Shown one piece after another: positions 1-10,335 of a stretch of DNA of 64,000 nucleotides. The position numbers were made by a program, and so were the translations under genes. Under the pieces are notes generated by a model. That model had not been told where the DNA came from and searched no databases. It was given only the letters and a program-made list of their open reading frames with translations. Position 1 is the stretch's first letter; every line of letters starts with the position of its first letter. The stretch is from a bacterium (lineage in GTDB: Bacteria; UBA9089; JAHJRX01), in contig JAHJRX010000045.1 in the NCBI GenBank assembly GCA_018830565.1, positions 10,626 through 74,625 of the forward strand, given 5' to 3'.

Positions 1-1
1 G

Positions 2-577
2 ACAGCAGAGCAAGCCCAAAAAGAAGGATTAAAGAATGTTTTGGTTACTAACGGGTATATTAACAGAAAACCCCTTTTAAGACTTCTACCTTATCTCGAT
101 GCTTTAAGTATTGATTTAAAGGCCTTTAAGGATTCTTTTTATAAGAAGTATTGTGGTGGCAGCTTAACCCCTGTCTTAAAGACTATAGAAACTTCTAAAA
201 GATCTGCTCTTGTTGAACTTACTACCTTGATAATTCCAGGATTAAATGATAGCCAGGAAGAAATAAAAGCTTTGGTTCAGTGGGTCTCTTCCCAAGTAGG
301 AAGAGACACTCCTCTTCATTTTTCTAAATATTATCCTCAATACAAAATGGATATTCCCCCTACATCTGTCGAGACTTTAAAAAAGGCTCGAAGTATAGCT
401 TTAGAGAAGTTAGACTATGTCTATATTGGCAACATTATGGATATTGAATCTAATACAACTTATTGTCCTGCTTGTAAAAAAGTAATTATTAAGAGATCGG
501 GGTATAGGATCTTAGAAAAAAAGATTAGCCATAGAAGGTGTACCTATTGTGGATTTGAGATAAATGTGGTGGAATAA
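2..577 (+). CDS. radical SAM family enzyme, C-terminal portion (PFL-activase-like / AmmeMemoRadiSam-type); 5' end lies outside the window
   Basis: Frame is open to the window edge; C-terminal Cys pairs (CPACKK, CTYCGF) resemble the tail of this rSAM subfamily; the following ApbE gene is overlapped/coupled. Confidence 0.4.
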   Translation, partial: TAEQAQKEGLKNVLVTNGYINRKPLLRLLPYLDALSIDLKAFKDSFYKKYCGGSLTPVLKTIETSKRSALVELTTLIIPGLNDSQEEIKALVQWVSSQVGRDTPLHFSKYYPQYKMDIPPTSVETLKKARSIALEKLDYVYIGNIMDIESNTTYCPACKKVIIKRSGYRILEKKISHRRCTYCGFEINVVE

Positions 578-1544
578 AAGATTAATCTTATCTTTAATGT
601 TCTCTCTTTTTTGTCTTAGCAATTGTGGAGAGAAATTATTTTCTAAAAAGTTTCTCTCTATCGGTACGGTAGTCGAGATTAAGGTGGTAGAAAAAGATAA
701 AGAAAAGGCTTGGAAAGCCATAGCTGCCGCTTGTAAAGAGATAAAACGACTTTCTGCCTTAATGAACAATTACGACGAAAAGAGCGAGATTTCTTTAATT
801 AATCAAAATAAAGGTCAAGGAATAAAAGTTTCAGAAGAAATTTTAGAAGTAGTCTCCCAAGCGATAGAATTTAGCAAATTAACCCACGGTGCTTTTGATA
901 TCACTATTTCTCCTGTTTTTAAATGTTGGAGCTTTAACAAAGAAAATCCCAAACTTCCTTTGATGGAGAAAATCTTAGAAGCCAAGAAGAAAGTAGGATC
1001 TCAAAATATCAAGATAGATCTTAAAAAAAAGGAGATCATTTTAGAAAAAGGAACAAGTTTAGATTTAGGAGGAATTGCTAAAGGTTATATTGTCAAGAAA
1101 GCTTGTGATAAATTAAGAGAGATGGGCATAACCAAAGGCTTAATAAATGCCGGAGGAAATATTCAAGTTATTGGAAGCAACATTAGAATGCCCTGGAAAG
1201 TAGGTATTCAAGATCCAAGAAACAAGAATAAGATTAAGAAAATAATAAAGATAACCGATAAAGGAGTAGCTACTTCTGGGGACTATGAGAAGTACTTTAT
1301 CTTAAATGGTCAGCGATATCACCATATCTTAGATCCTGAGACAGGATATCCAGCTAAGGAATGTATAAGCGTAACCATCATTGCTAAAGATGCTTTTTTA
1401 GCCGATATTTTATCCACCGGGATATTTGTTTTAGGCCCGGACAAAGGTTTAGCCTTAGTAAAAAAATTAAATGACATAGAATGTTACCTCATTACTTCTA
1501 AAAAAGAGTATGCTTCCTTTAGATTTAATGATTACTTGAGATAA
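564..1544 (+). CDS. apbE: FAD:protein FMN transferase (ApbE family), lipoprotein-type signal peptide
   Basis: ApbE-family motifs DLGGIAKGY, NAGGNI, ATSGDYEKYF and HHILDPETGYP; N-terminal signal with Cys; start may instead be the ATG at 597. Confidence 0.75.
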   Translation: MWWNKRLILSLMFSLFCLSNCGEKLFSKKFLSIGTVVEIKVVEKDKEKAWKAIAAACKEIKRLSALMNNYDEKSEISLINQNKGQGIKVSEEILEVVSQAIEFSKLTHGAFDITISPVFKCWSFNKENPKLPLMEKILEAKKKVGSQNIKIDLKKKEIILEKGTSLDLGGIAKGYIVKKACDKLREMGITKGLINAGGNIQVIGSNIRMPWKVGIQDPRNKNKIKKIIKITDKGVATSGDYEKYFILNGQRYHHILDPETGYPAKECISVTIIAKDAFLADILSTGIFVLGPDKGLALVKKLNDIECYLITSKKEYASFRFNDYLR

Positions 1545-1567
1545 AAATACAACTTTGGACCAGCAAA

Positions 1568-1915
1568 ATGTTAATAAAAAAAATTTTAATGATTATCTTG
1601 TTATCCTTGATCATTAATAATTGTGATTCTATTAGAGATAACTTAGTCTTTAGTGTCATTAAAATGAAAAGTCCTGCTCAAAAAGCAAAAGAAAACTATC
1701 TTAAGAAAGCTAATGATTGTATAAGATATAAAGAATATCAAAAGGCCGAACATTACCTAAAAAAAACTTTAGAAATTAACCCTCAAGACCCTACGATTTA
1801 TCAAAGGTTAGGAATGTTATATGAGCTAACGGGAAATGACGAAAAATCGATCTTATACTATTTAAAAGCTATTAAACTTGATCCTGGATTAAAAAAGTGG
1901 GAAGAAAGCCAATAA
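1568..1915 (+). CDS. small TPR-repeat lipoprotein
   Basis: Signal peptide with NC lipobox-like site; TPR-like helices (AEHYLKKTLEINPQDP, YYLKAIKLDP). Confidence 0.5.
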   Translation: MLIKKILMIILLSLIINNCDSIRDNLVFSVIKMKSPAQKAKENYLKKANDCIRYKEYQKAEHYLKKTLEINPQDPTIYQRLGMLYELTGNDEKSILYYLKAIKLDPGLKKWEESQ

Positions 1916-1930
1916 AGAAGAAAAAATAAA

Positions 1931-3034
1931 ATGCCTAAGAAGATATTTTGCATAGGATTATTCTTGTTATTTATTTCTAGTTGTCTGGCTTTGCCTAAAA
2001 GAGAAAGCTTACCAGTAACAAAAGAGACTAAGGAAGAAAAAAAGGATGATTTAAAGGAAGTAATTGCCAAAGAAGAAAAAATCAAGGAAGTAGAGTTACC
2101 ACCTTTAACCTTTAAAGACGAATCTACTGAAAAAGAGGCAAAAGAGAAAGTAAAAGAAGAAACTCCTACGGCTAAGGAAGAGACAAAAACCATCGTAGAA
2201 AAATTGCCAGAAGTTAAAAAAGAAGAAAAGATTGAGGAGAAAAAAGAAGAAAAGCCAATTCCAGAAGAGTTAAAAAAGGAGAAGATAGAAAAAAAGCCTC
2301 TCCAAGAGAAAGGTCTTCTCAAAAAAGAAGAAAAAATTTTACCTCAAAAAGCTCAAAAAGAACCTTCTTCCGAAGCACTAAAAATGATTGGAAGCGTCCC
2401 TGAAACTATTATTCCTCCGGAACAGTTAGATCGTTATAAATTTGCTAAAGATTTATATAAAAGAAATTTATATCCAGCTGCGGCTAAAGAAATGCAGAAA
2501 TTCCTTACTGATTTCCCCCAGACAAAGATAAGAGATGCCATCTCTTTCTTTATCGGTGAATGTTACTTTGCTAATAAAGAATATGATGCTGCCATCACAG
2601 AATTTAACAAGATCATTAAAAATTTTTCTGAAAGCGAATTTTTAGATAAGTGTCAACTAATGGTGGCTGAAACTTATAAAGAAAAAAAGGATATCGATAA
2701 CTCTTTATTGGAATACTTGCGATTAATTAACTTATATTCCAAGAGTCCGTACTGTCTTGAGGCTCAATTAGAAGTGGGTAATGCCTATCGAGAAAAGAAA
2801 GATTATAAGCAAGCCTTAGTTGAGTATGATAAGGTACTGGAGAAAGACCGTAAAAGCAAAGAATCTTCTACGGCCTTATACTACATAGCTGAGATTTATG
2901 ATTATGCGTATGAAGCAAGGGATTATATCAAAGCTTTATCAGCTTATAAGAAGATTGTTGAGCATTATCCTAAGAGTGAATGGACCGAAAAAGCTAAGAA
3001 GAGAATAAAATACTTAGAAGAGAATTATTTTTAA
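1931..3034 (+). CDS. lipoprotein with a K/E-rich low-complexity linker and a C-terminal TPR domain (YbgF/CpoB-like)
   Basis: Signal peptide plus Cys; long KEEK repeats; C-terminal TPR-type pattern. Confidence 0.5.
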   Translation: MPKKIFCIGLFLLFISSCLALPKRESLPVTKETKEEKKDDLKEVIAKEEKIKEVELPPLTFKDESTEKEAKEKVKEETPTAKEETKTIVEKLPEVKKEEKIEEKKEEKPIPEELKKEKIEKKPLQEKGLLKKEEKILPQKAQKEPSSEALKMIGSVPETIIPPEQLDRYKFAKDLYKRNLYPAAAKEMQKFLTDFPQTKIRDAISFFIGECYFANKEYDAAITEFNKIIKNFSESEFLDKCQLMVAETYKEKKDIDNSLLEYLRLINLYSKSPYCLEAQLEVGNAYREKKDYKQALVEYDKVLEKDRKSKESSTALYYIAEIYDYAYEARDYIKALSAYKKIVEHYPKSEWTEKAKKRIKYLEENYF

Positions 3035-3046
3035 AGAGAAGTATTT

Positions 3047-4330
3047 TTAATTAAATTTATACATAACTAAACCCGTCAGAAGCTTAGGATAGAAATAGGT
3101 AGATTTTTGCGGCATCAGTCCTCCTAAATTACTAATCTTCTCTACTTCTGCTATCTTAGTGGGGGTTAAAAAAAGACCTAATTGATATCTTCCTTCCTTA
3201 ATTAATTTTACTGCTTCTTCCATACTTCGAGTATAACCTATCTTATGTTCAACTTCTTCTTCTTTGATGTGTAAAATATTTTGGATAAAGATATGTTGCA
3301 ACACGGAAACAGCTAAATGATTTAAAGCCCAAGGTTGATCTTGGGGAGATAATTTATCAATTAGTTGGGGGTCTTTTAAGGTCAGTAAGTAAAATTTATC
3401 TTCTCCAAATAGACCAAAAATATAATTACTATTCTCCTTTTCCCTTAATCTTTGAGATAAAGCCAGAAGAGAAAAACAATCTTCTAAATGGAAGTATTCT
3501 TTGATCTTATCTTTTAAGGAATTAAGTTCTAAATTGCTTGAAATTAAGCGGTGGGTGGGTAAGATGGTCAATCCTTCATTTAAGATATTAGTAAAGTACA
3601 TCATAATAAAGTTTTCTGGACTATCGGGAGAGATTTGGTTAATTAATTGTCTTTGGTAGTTTAAAGCCGTTTGATAACGGTGATGGCCATCAGCAATAAA
3701 GATCTTTTTATCTTTCATTGCCTTTTGGATATTTTCCATTGTCTCTTGATCGCTTATTTTCCATACTTTATGCCTGATGCAATCTTCAAAGATTAAGTCG
3801 ATGAAAGGTGGTTTTTTTTCGATAAAATCGTTAATTATTTTTGGTATTTCTTGATGATAGTCTTGGTATAAAGAAAAGACCGGACTAAGGTGAGCCCGGC
3901 AATGGGATAGTAAATTAAGGCGATCTTCTATCGGCTTATGATGAGTTTTTTCATGAGGTAGTATTCTTTGAGAAGAGAAATCTTCTAATCTTAGCAAACC
4001 TATAAATCCAGCCAGTATCTTGGGAATATTATCAATATTATAAATTTTTTGGTAAGCATAAAAAGAAGGTCTTTGATCTAAAGTCAGGTATCCTTCTTCA
4101 AGCCAGTTATTAAGGTAATTAGAGGCTCGGGTGTACTTATTATACTCTGGGGTATCGTTAGGCAAATCTAAACCTTTGTCTAGATGGGCAATATTACAGG
4201 GATGTGATTTAATATATCTTTCTTGGTCTTGTTTAGAAATAACATCATAAGGAGGAGCCATAACTTGAGAAAAATTAGAAATCTTTTCCGAATTATATAA
4301 AATTCCCTTAAATGGTTTTACCTCGATCAT
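3047..4330 (-). CDS. DUF1015 family protein
   Basis: N-terminus MIEVKPFKGILYN...VMAPPYDVIS is the hallmark start of DUF1015 proteins. Confidence 0.6.
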   Translation of the reverse strand: MIEVKPFKGILYNSEKISNFSQVMAPPYDVISKQDQERYIKSHPCNIAHLDKGLDLPNDTPEYNKYTRASNYLNNWLEEGYLTLDQRPSFYAYQKIYNIDNIPKILAGFIGLLRLEDFSSQRILPHEKTHHKPIEDRLNLLSHCRAHLSPVFSLYQDYHQEIPKIINDFIEKKPPFIDLIFEDCIRHKVWKISDQETMENIQKAMKDKKIFIADGHHRYQTALNYQRQLINQISPDSPENFIMMYFTNILNEGLTILPTHRLISSNLELNSLKDKIKEYFHLEDCFSLLALSQRLREKENSNYIFGLFGEDKFYLLTLKDPQLIDKLSPQDQPWALNHLAVSVLQHIFIQNILHIKEEEVEHKIGYTRSMEEAVKLIKEGRYQLGLFLTPTKIAEVEKISNLGGLMPQKSTYFYPKLLTGLVMYKFN

Positions 4331-4676
4331 AACAACGAACTCCTTCAGTTTTTTATTATTTAGCTTATTTTTTTGAGTATTTTTGAATATAAATTTTGAG
4401 TAATTTTAAGTATAAGTAAGATATAATAAGTAGCCATTTATGTCAAATATTAATTTATATCTTCTATTTGTTCAACTGAACGCTTACTTAATAAGGAGAT
4501 AAACAATGATTAAAGGATTTTTCGAAAAACTACATAGGATAAACTATTTAAGGGGCTGATATGACTTTATTAAATCTTTGATTACCTTTAAAGTTTCAAA
4601 ATTAGAAGAGATAGTTAAATCTTTATTTCTGCCCCAAAAGTCAGAGATTGTGAATTAAAGAAGGTAAACCACAAGC

Positions 4677-5840
4677 TTATTCTTTAAATTTATTAAAATA
4701 AAATAGATCTAACAAAACACAAAAGTCACTTCCTTCTTTATCTTTTAAATTAAATTGATAAGCACCTTTATAATTGCCATAACCTACCGCTAAGCCAATG
4801 TTCCAATGTTTAGCTAAAATATACCTCAAACCAAGTAGTAAACCATCATTTAATTCTGTGGTAAATTTAAGATTCTTAGTTAAGTTATAATCTACTCCTC
4901 CAAATAACCAATAAGGAACTACTTTAAGCCCAAGATGAATATTAAAAGTATCAATATTTTGAGTAAATACCCCATACAAGAGAGGAGCAAAAGACCGGCT
5001 GGGACCCAGAGCATAATTTGCAAAAAGACCTATTCCCACAGCTGGCGTCCAACCTAAGATATTTTGTCTGGGAATTTGCCATTTAAGGCCAGGAATGATT
5101 AATTCTATATTATTTCCCATACCTATTTCTGCATGAGGAAATCCAAGTCGATAATCGTTTTCATCTAAAACAAAGGCAGTCGGGATAGAAAACAACCAAG
5201 AAGGCTTTGAGGCAATCGGAATAATTTCTTCTTGATAAGCTTTCTCTCTTTCTCTTAGAGAAGATTTCTTAGGAGATTTTTCTTGATAAGACTTTTCTGG
5301 AGATGGCTTAGGAAGAGGTTTTTTTCCTGGAACTTCTTTTAATTCCTTTTCTGGGTCGTAATATTCTCGGTAACGGATATCTTCTTTTACTGGTTTTTGG
5401 TCAAATTCTACTTCTTCTTCCCCATAATCTTTTAAGAAATTCCTTTGGTAGTCTTCTTCAGAAGGATAATCTTTTTCGGGCTTGTACTCTTTAAATTCAT
5501 ATTCTTCTTTTTTTTTGCTTTTAGGTTCTACGCCCTTTTCTTCTGAAGGAGTCTCTTTTTTCGATGGTTTCTCTTTGATGAGATCATAGTATTCAGTTTC
5601 CCAATCTTGAGGGTATTCTTCCTCAGGTGATTCAGTTTTAAATGGCTTTTTTGGACTTTCTAAATCAAGATCCTCATCTTCATAGAGTTGAAATCCTCTT
5701 TCTCTTAAATCTTTGGTATCGAACGATGGATCATTTAATTCATATTCTTCAAGATCTTGAGCCAGTACAAATAAAGGAGTATAAATAATAAAGAGAAAGA
5801 TGGTTATAGAAATCATTTTTTTTAACATAATTTCTCCCAA
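4677..5840 (-). CDS. hypothetical secreted/outer-membrane protein with an acidic K/E/Y-rich disordered region and a beta-rich C-terminal half
   Basis: Signal peptide; low-complexity charged region; C-terminal alternating hydrophobic pattern suggests a barrel-like fold; no recognisable family. Confidence 0.35.
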   Translation of the reverse strand: MGEIMLKKMISITIFLFIIYTPLFVLAQDLEEYELNDPSFDTKDLRERGFQLYEDEDLDLESPKKPFKTESPEEEYPQDWETEYYDLIKEKPSKKETPSEEKGVEPKSKKKEEYEFKEYKPEKDYPSEEDYQRNFLKDYGEEEVEFDQKPVKEDIRYREYYDPEKELKEVPGKKPLPKPSPEKSYQEKSPKKSSLREREKAYQEEIIPIASKPSWLFSIPTAFVLDENDYRLGFPHAEIGMGNNIELIIPGLKWQIPRQNILGWTPAVGIGLFANYALGPSRSFAPLLYGVFTQNIDTFNIHLGLKVVPYWLFGGVDYNLTKNLKFTTELNDGLLLGLRYILAKHWNIGLAVGYGNYKGAYQFNLKDKEGSDFCVLLDLFYFNKFKE

Positions 5841-6010
5841 AAAATTTATTTTTAAAGACTAGAAAAATTATATCAGAAATAAAATTTTATGCCAACAAAA
5901 ATAACAAAAATGCGTGATTGCCTCTTCAAGGCTTGGTTCTTTTAATCTCTTTTGAGCAGTTAGCCAAACAATTATTAATCTATTTGAGGCAATGAGTTAA
6001 TCATTATAAA

Positions 6011-6105
6011 CCGGACATAGGAAATAATACCGAGCAATAAAAGATAAACTCATTGGCACTTAAATTAATTTGCTCTAAGTCAAATTTTCATTAATAGGTG
6101 CTATA
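6011..6105 (+). repeat. intergenic repeat element, copy A (family of at least 5 copies)
   Basis: About 95 bp nearly identical to 8026-8100 and 32704-32798; core hairpin AATTTG-CTCTAAGT-CAAATT. Confidence 0.8.
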
Positions 6106-6140
6106 ATTTGAATTAGTAAGTTATCTCATTCCCAAGAATC

Positions 6141-7937
6141 TTAAGTAATCTTATCTTTCAATATCGATAACATTTTCTTTAATCGATGAAGATAGGTATG
6201 TTCTTCCAAGACCTTTTTATGAAAAGCTTCAGCAATCTTCCTTCTTTCTTCTGGGTGGTAAAGAAAATAAATTATCTTTTCTCTTAACTCATTATTATTT
6301 TTATAAAAGATAACTTCTGTATCTTTGGAGAATAAATTAACTAAGTCTTCTCGATAATCGCTTAACATAAACCCACCACAACCACCTATATCAAATACTC
6401 GCATATTAATAGCTGTCCGAAGTTGAGAAACCGTAATATTTAAGTTTATCTCAGAGGCATTGTATAGTCTTGGTAATTCACTTCTATTGTGGATATAGCC
6501 ACCATACTTTACACCTTCTTGTTTAACTTCTAACCATCCTTTATCTCCATAAACTTTTACTCCGAGGTCAGCAATAGCTCTGATTGTATTTTTACGGTAT
6601 TTTCGCATGCTTATGCAATCAATAATTTCTAAATGATTAGAAACTCTTTCTTTTAAATATTCCTTATACTCAAGAGAAATATCCTTAATTACTCCTTCTT
6701 GCTCTTGAATATCTATTAATAGATCTAAGATAGATAGAGTAGGGTCTTGGCTTAATGTCTTTATTAACTTATCTACTACTTTTTTTGAAAACATTTCGTT
6801 AAAAAGGGCTCTGTGTTTTTTGTACATTTTAGTAGCATAAGGGTCAGCCAGCATTCCGGCAAAACTTATTCCACCTGCATATCTTTCTTTGTCTTCTTTA
6901 CTTAATTCCATCCTTTTAAAAATCTTTGGGTTAGTGGCCAAAGGAAGGTAGTAAACATGCTCATATCCCATATCGTTAAGTTCTTTAATATATGTTTTAT
7001 CCCACATAAATATAAAGAAAAGTGGATCTGGCTTAAAGATAGTAGAGATCGAAACAGGAGCATCTGCAAACCAGGAAACATAAGGGATTTTAAATCTTTT
7101 TATTACTTCTAAGATAAACTTTAAACCAACACAAGTAACGGTAAAAATAAAATTAGGCTTTATTTCCTCTATGGCTTTTTCTGCAATTAAAGCGATGTTT
7201 TTCTCATTTAAGAGATTTTTTTCTCTATCGAGGACAAACTTGTTTAAATCAATCACATATACTTCTTGATCTAATTCTGATAAAGCAGCTAAAGAATCTT
7301 CTAAAATATATCTTGTTCCACTTAAACGAAAGTCCATAAAAGAGATGATCTTTAATCTTTTTTTAAGAGTCGTTATTTGGTGGTAAGCTGATTCTAAAAT
7401 CATCTTTTCTAATTTGAGGTAATAATCAGGAAAGGCTCTTTGGCAACCTTCGGTAGAAATTACTTTCGTATTTCCTATGCTTCCTATCAAGTTAAAAGAT
7501 TCTTCAATTTCAAGGCCGGCCAAAAGTCTTACTTTTGTCGAAGTAAGAAGATCTTTGTAATCGAAGAGATAAAGGGAATGGTAGAATAATTCTACCTCTT
7601 TCTCGATGACCACTATTTCTTGAAAAGGCTTGACTCTTTTCATTAATTCAAAGAGTACATAGCCAAAACCTAACCCTAATAAGATAATCTTTTGACAAGT
7701 TTCAAATTCTATCCTGGAGAATGTTTTTTCTGCTTCCCGAGATGGATTAATAGGACTATGTATCCAGATAAGTGCTTCTTTTTCATCAGGGTATTGACCA
7801 GTAATTTGAAGATTCTTGGCTGGTTTTATAATAGCCAGGGGAGTAGCTTTATTAAGCTTTTCTATCTTTTGGAATAAAACCGGTTCCTTTTCTTTAAGGA
7901 GAATGAGGTTTTTTTCTAAGTATTGAGAAGCTTCCAT
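6141..7937 (-). CDS. glycosyltransferase: Maf-like N-terminal Rossmann-type region plus CgeB/DUF3880-type (GT1-like) C-terminal domain
   Basis: N-terminal IILLGLGFGY resembles the Maf N-terminal motif; C-terminal VFDIGGCGGFMLSDYREDL...EEHTY matches the CgeB-family GT domain; bracketed by repeat copies A and B. Confidence 0.5.
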   Translation of the reverse strand: MEASQYLEKNLILLKEKEPVLFQKIEKLNKATPLAIIKPAKNLQITGQYPDEKEALIWIHSPINPSREAEKTFSRIEFETCQKIILLGLGFGYVLFELMKRVKPFQEIVVIEKEVELFYHSLYLFDYKDLLTSTKVRLLAGLEIEESFNLIGSIGNTKVISTEGCQRAFPDYYLKLEKMILESAYHQITTLKKRLKIISFMDFRLSGTRYILEDSLAALSELDQEVYVIDLNKFVLDREKNLLNEKNIALIAEKAIEEIKPNFIFTVTCVGLKFILEVIKRFKIPYVSWFADAPVSISTIFKPDPLFFIFMWDKTYIKELNDMGYEHVYYLPLATNPKIFKRMELSKEDKERYAGGISFAGMLADPYATKMYKKHRALFNEMFSKKVVDKLIKTLSQDPTLSILDLLIDIQEQEGVIKDISLEYKEYLKERVSNHLEIIDCISMRKYRKNTIRAIADLGVKVYGDKGWLEVKQEGVKYGGYIHNRSELPRLYNASEINLNITVSQLRTAINMRVFDIGGCGGFMLSDYREDLVNLFSKDTEVIFYKNNNELREKIIYFLYHPEERRKIAEAFHKKVLEEHTYLHRLKKMLSILKDKIT

Positions 7938-8025
7938 CTTAAGACCTGAAGTCTAATGATATAATAATAGTATAATTAAATAATATTATAATTAAAGATA
8001 CTATAGTAATTATTAACAAAAATTA

Positions 8026-8100
8026 GACATAGGAAATAATGCCGAGCAATAAAAGATAAACTCATTGGCACTTAAATTAATTGGCTCTAAGTTAAATTTT
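8026..8100 (+). repeat. intergenic repeat element, copy B
   Basis: Near-identical to copy A over about 75 bp; lies in the divergent promoter region between the 6141-7937 (-) and 8260 (+) genes. Confidence 0.8.
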
Positions 8101-8259
8101 AACTAATGAGTATTATATCACAAAAATTTTATAAATAAGTAGAATTGCTGTGCAATTTTCATATTTAGCTTGACAAATTCTAAAAAAACTTGCTTATTTA
8201 AAAATAATTTAGTATACTTTATAAAAGTAAAAGTTTTTGAAAGGAAACTTTAAGCTACC

Positions 8260-9660
8260 ATGAAAAACATAAAAAAGATAATATTAATAGAACCTAAATC
8301 TCCTGACCGTCATATCTTTGGACAAGCTTGTATGCCTCGCTTAGGACTTCCTATTTTAGGTACGATCTTAAAAGAAAAAGGGCATGAAGTGAGAATTTAT
8401 TGTCAGGATATCAAGAAGATAAATTATAGCGATGTTTTCTCAGCAGACTTAGTAGGAATTTCTACTACTACCTCTACTGCTCCTGAAGGCTACTTAATTG
8501 CTGATAAGATAAAAGCACATCATAGTAAAATTCCTGTTGTTATAGGAGGTGCTCATGCTACCTTTCTTCCAGAAGAAGCTCTAAGTCATTGTGACTATGT
8601 GATTAGAGGAGAAGGAGAGTATGTCTTTCCAGAACTTATCGAAGCCTTGGAAAACCATTGCACGGTAAGAAATATTAAAGGTTTATCTTACACAGAAGGA
8701 ACAGTCCCCGTCCATAATCCAGGTTATCCTAAACCTGTTTCCTTGGACCATCTTCCCATTCCTGATTTTTCTTTAGTTCTAGAAAGAGAAAAGATGACCG
8801 TTACTCCTATTTCTACTTCTCGTGGCTGTCCTTTCCATTGTAGTTTTTGTTCAGTAACTCCAATGTTTGGAAAAAAGTATCGCTTTCGAAACACTGATTT
8901 AGTTATAGAAGAGATAAAAAGAGATAAAAAAAAGAGGATCTTTTTTTACGATGATAACTTTACGGCAAACAAAACACGGAGCAAAGTACTTTTAGAAAAG
9001 ATGTTAGAAAATAATTTACGTCCTGAGTGGATGGCTCAAGCACGAGTTGATGTTGCAAAAGATAAAGATTTGTTAAAACTTATGCAAAAGACCAATTGTT
9101 TTATAGTCCAAATTGGGTTTGAGTCCATTAATCCCCTCACTTTAAAATCATATAATAAAGGGCAAACAGTAGAAGAAATAGAAGAAAGCATTATGATTTT
9201 ACACCAATACAAGATTAAAATACATGGTATGTTCATGTTTGGCTCAGATGATGACGAGATAGAGACTCTTAAACAAACAGTTAAATTTGCTAAAAGACTT
9301 AAGCTTGATACAATTCAATTTTTAACTTTAGTTCCTTTTTGTGGAACTAAAGTTTATTCTGATTTAGATGCCGCCGGGAGGATCTTTACTAAAAATTGGG
9401 TACTCTATGATGGTCATCATGTGGTATTTGAACCAAAAAAAATGAGTCCTTTTGAACTTCAAATAGAAACTTTTAAAGCCATGAAAAAATTCTATTCTTT
9501 ATGGCGTTGTTTAAAATCATTTTGGAAGGGTAAGTCCTTTACTGCTATGGCCAGATATTGGGGAAATAGAACCTTAAAGAAATGGGGAAAGGACCATAAG
9601 CCGCTCTTTGACCAGCTAAAACTCTTTAGCCGCAAGCTTAAGATTAATCGAAAAGTTTAA
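8260..9660 (+). CDS. B12-binding domain-containing radical SAM protein (class B rSAM)
   Basis: N-terminal cobalamin-binding Rossmann-like region; CxxxCxxC motif TSRGCPFHCSFCSV. Confidence 0.7.
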   Translation: MKNIKKIILIEPKSPDRHIFGQACMPRLGLPILGTILKEKGHEVRIYCQDIKKINYSDVFSADLVGISTTTSTAPEGYLIADKIKAHHSKIPVVIGGAHATFLPEEALSHCDYVIRGEGEYVFPELIEALENHCTVRNIKGLSYTEGTVPVHNPGYPKPVSLDHLPIPDFSLVLEREKMTVTPISTSRGCPFHCSFCSVTPMFGKKYRFRNTDLVIEEIKRDKKKRIFFYDDNFTANKTRSKVLLEKMLENNLRPEWMAQARVDVAKDKDLLKLMQKTNCFIVQIGFESINPLTLKSYNKGQTVEEIEESIMILHQYKIKIHGMFMFGSDDDEIETLKQTVKFAKRLKLDTIQFLTLVPFCGTKVYSDLDAAGRIFTKNWVLYDGHHVVFEPKKMSPFELQIETFKAMKKFYSLWRCLKSFWKGKSFTAMARYWGNRTLKKWGKDHKPLFDQLKLFSRKLKINRKV

Positions 9661-9668
9661 CTTTGAGG

Positions 9669-9742
9669 TGGGGAGTCGTCTAGGGGTAGGACACAAGACT
9701 CTGGATCTTGCTGCGAGGGTTCGAATCCTTCCTCCCCAGCCA
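9669..9742 (+). tRNA. tRNA-Gln (anticodon CTG)
   Basis: Hand-folded cloverleaf: acceptor TGGGGAG/CTCCCCA, 3-bp D stem typical of tRNA-Gln, anticodon stem CAAGA/TCTTG with loop CTCTGGA, T-loop TTCGAAT, CCA encoded. Confidence 0.8.
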
Positions 9743-9747
9743 AAAAA

Positions 9748-9823
9748 GGCGCTATCGTCTAGAGGCCTAGGACAGGTGGTTCTCAGCCATCAGACCGGGG
9801 TTCGAATCCCCGTAGCGCTACCA
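9748..9823 (+). tRNA. tRNA-Glu (anticodon CTC)
   Basis: Acceptor GGCGCTA/TAGCGCT (G1-U72 wobble), D arm TCGTCTAGAGGCCTAGGAC as in bacterial tRNA-Glu, anticodon loop TTCTCAG, T arm CGGGG-TTCGAAT-CCCCG, CCA encoded. Confidence 0.8.
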
Positions 9824-9828
9824 ATAAA

Positions 9829-10335
9829 CTACTTCTCTTTTAATTTCTTCATTATCTTTTCTACTTTATTTTTTTGGGATAAAGTGTAATCTAAAGATCT
9901 TTGAACAGTTTCCCTATATTCTTTAGGTGAATTTCGAAGTAGGTAAGTTAAATCAACGATACTCTTGAACAAACATTTTTCTAATAGAGATAATATCTCT
10001 TTCCTTTCTCCTTTAGCCTCTATTTTATTATTGTAAATATTTATACTTAAAGCTAAGCAATTCTGATAAGCTTTTACTAATTCTCCAAGATAAGCATAGT
10101 TATAATCTCCAGACATATTTACTGCTTCTTGTAACCTCTTATAAGCTATATTAATGAAAAACCTGACCTTTTCTGTATTTAAAGATAAATTAGTAGCTTG
10201 AATTATTTCATTAGTAAATTTTTCAATGTACTCAGGCTGATCAGGAGTAAAATTAATCAAAGAAGCTTTTCCTTTTAAAGGCATAAAAAAGAAGAATAAA
10301 AAAAATAGGTATAAAATCAAATCTAAAATTCTCAT
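9829..10335 (-). CDS. hypothetical secreted helical protein
   Basis: Signal peptide; no recognisable family. Confidence 0.35.
   Translation of the reverse strand: MRILDLILYLFFLFFFFMPLKGKASLINFTPDQPEYIEKFTNEIIQATNLSLNTEKVRFFINIAYKRLQEAVNMSGDYNYAYLGELVKAYQNCLALSINIYNNKIEAKGERKEILSLLEKCLFKSIVDLTYLLRNSPKEYRETVQRSLDYTLSQKNKVEKIMKKLKEK

Noticed and set aside
1858-2322. 154-aa antisense ORF (and similar ones at 512-769, 7692-7877, 17894-18103, 18281-18502, 22726-22962, 24456-24752, 26225-26464, 27122-27367, 30352-30618, 34425-34691, 35717-35956, 41692-41904, 43560-43760, 49423-49644, 51968-52186, 53631-53951, 55022-55315, 56444-56728, 58649-58861)
   Set aside because: Each lies entirely inside a well-supported longer gene on the opposite strand, has low-complexity composition, and has no RBS; these are typical shadow ORFs.
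9668-9889. 73-aa ORF in the six-frame track
   Set aside because: It is fully occupied by the tRNA-Gln and tRNA-Glu genes on the same strand, so it is a translation artefact.
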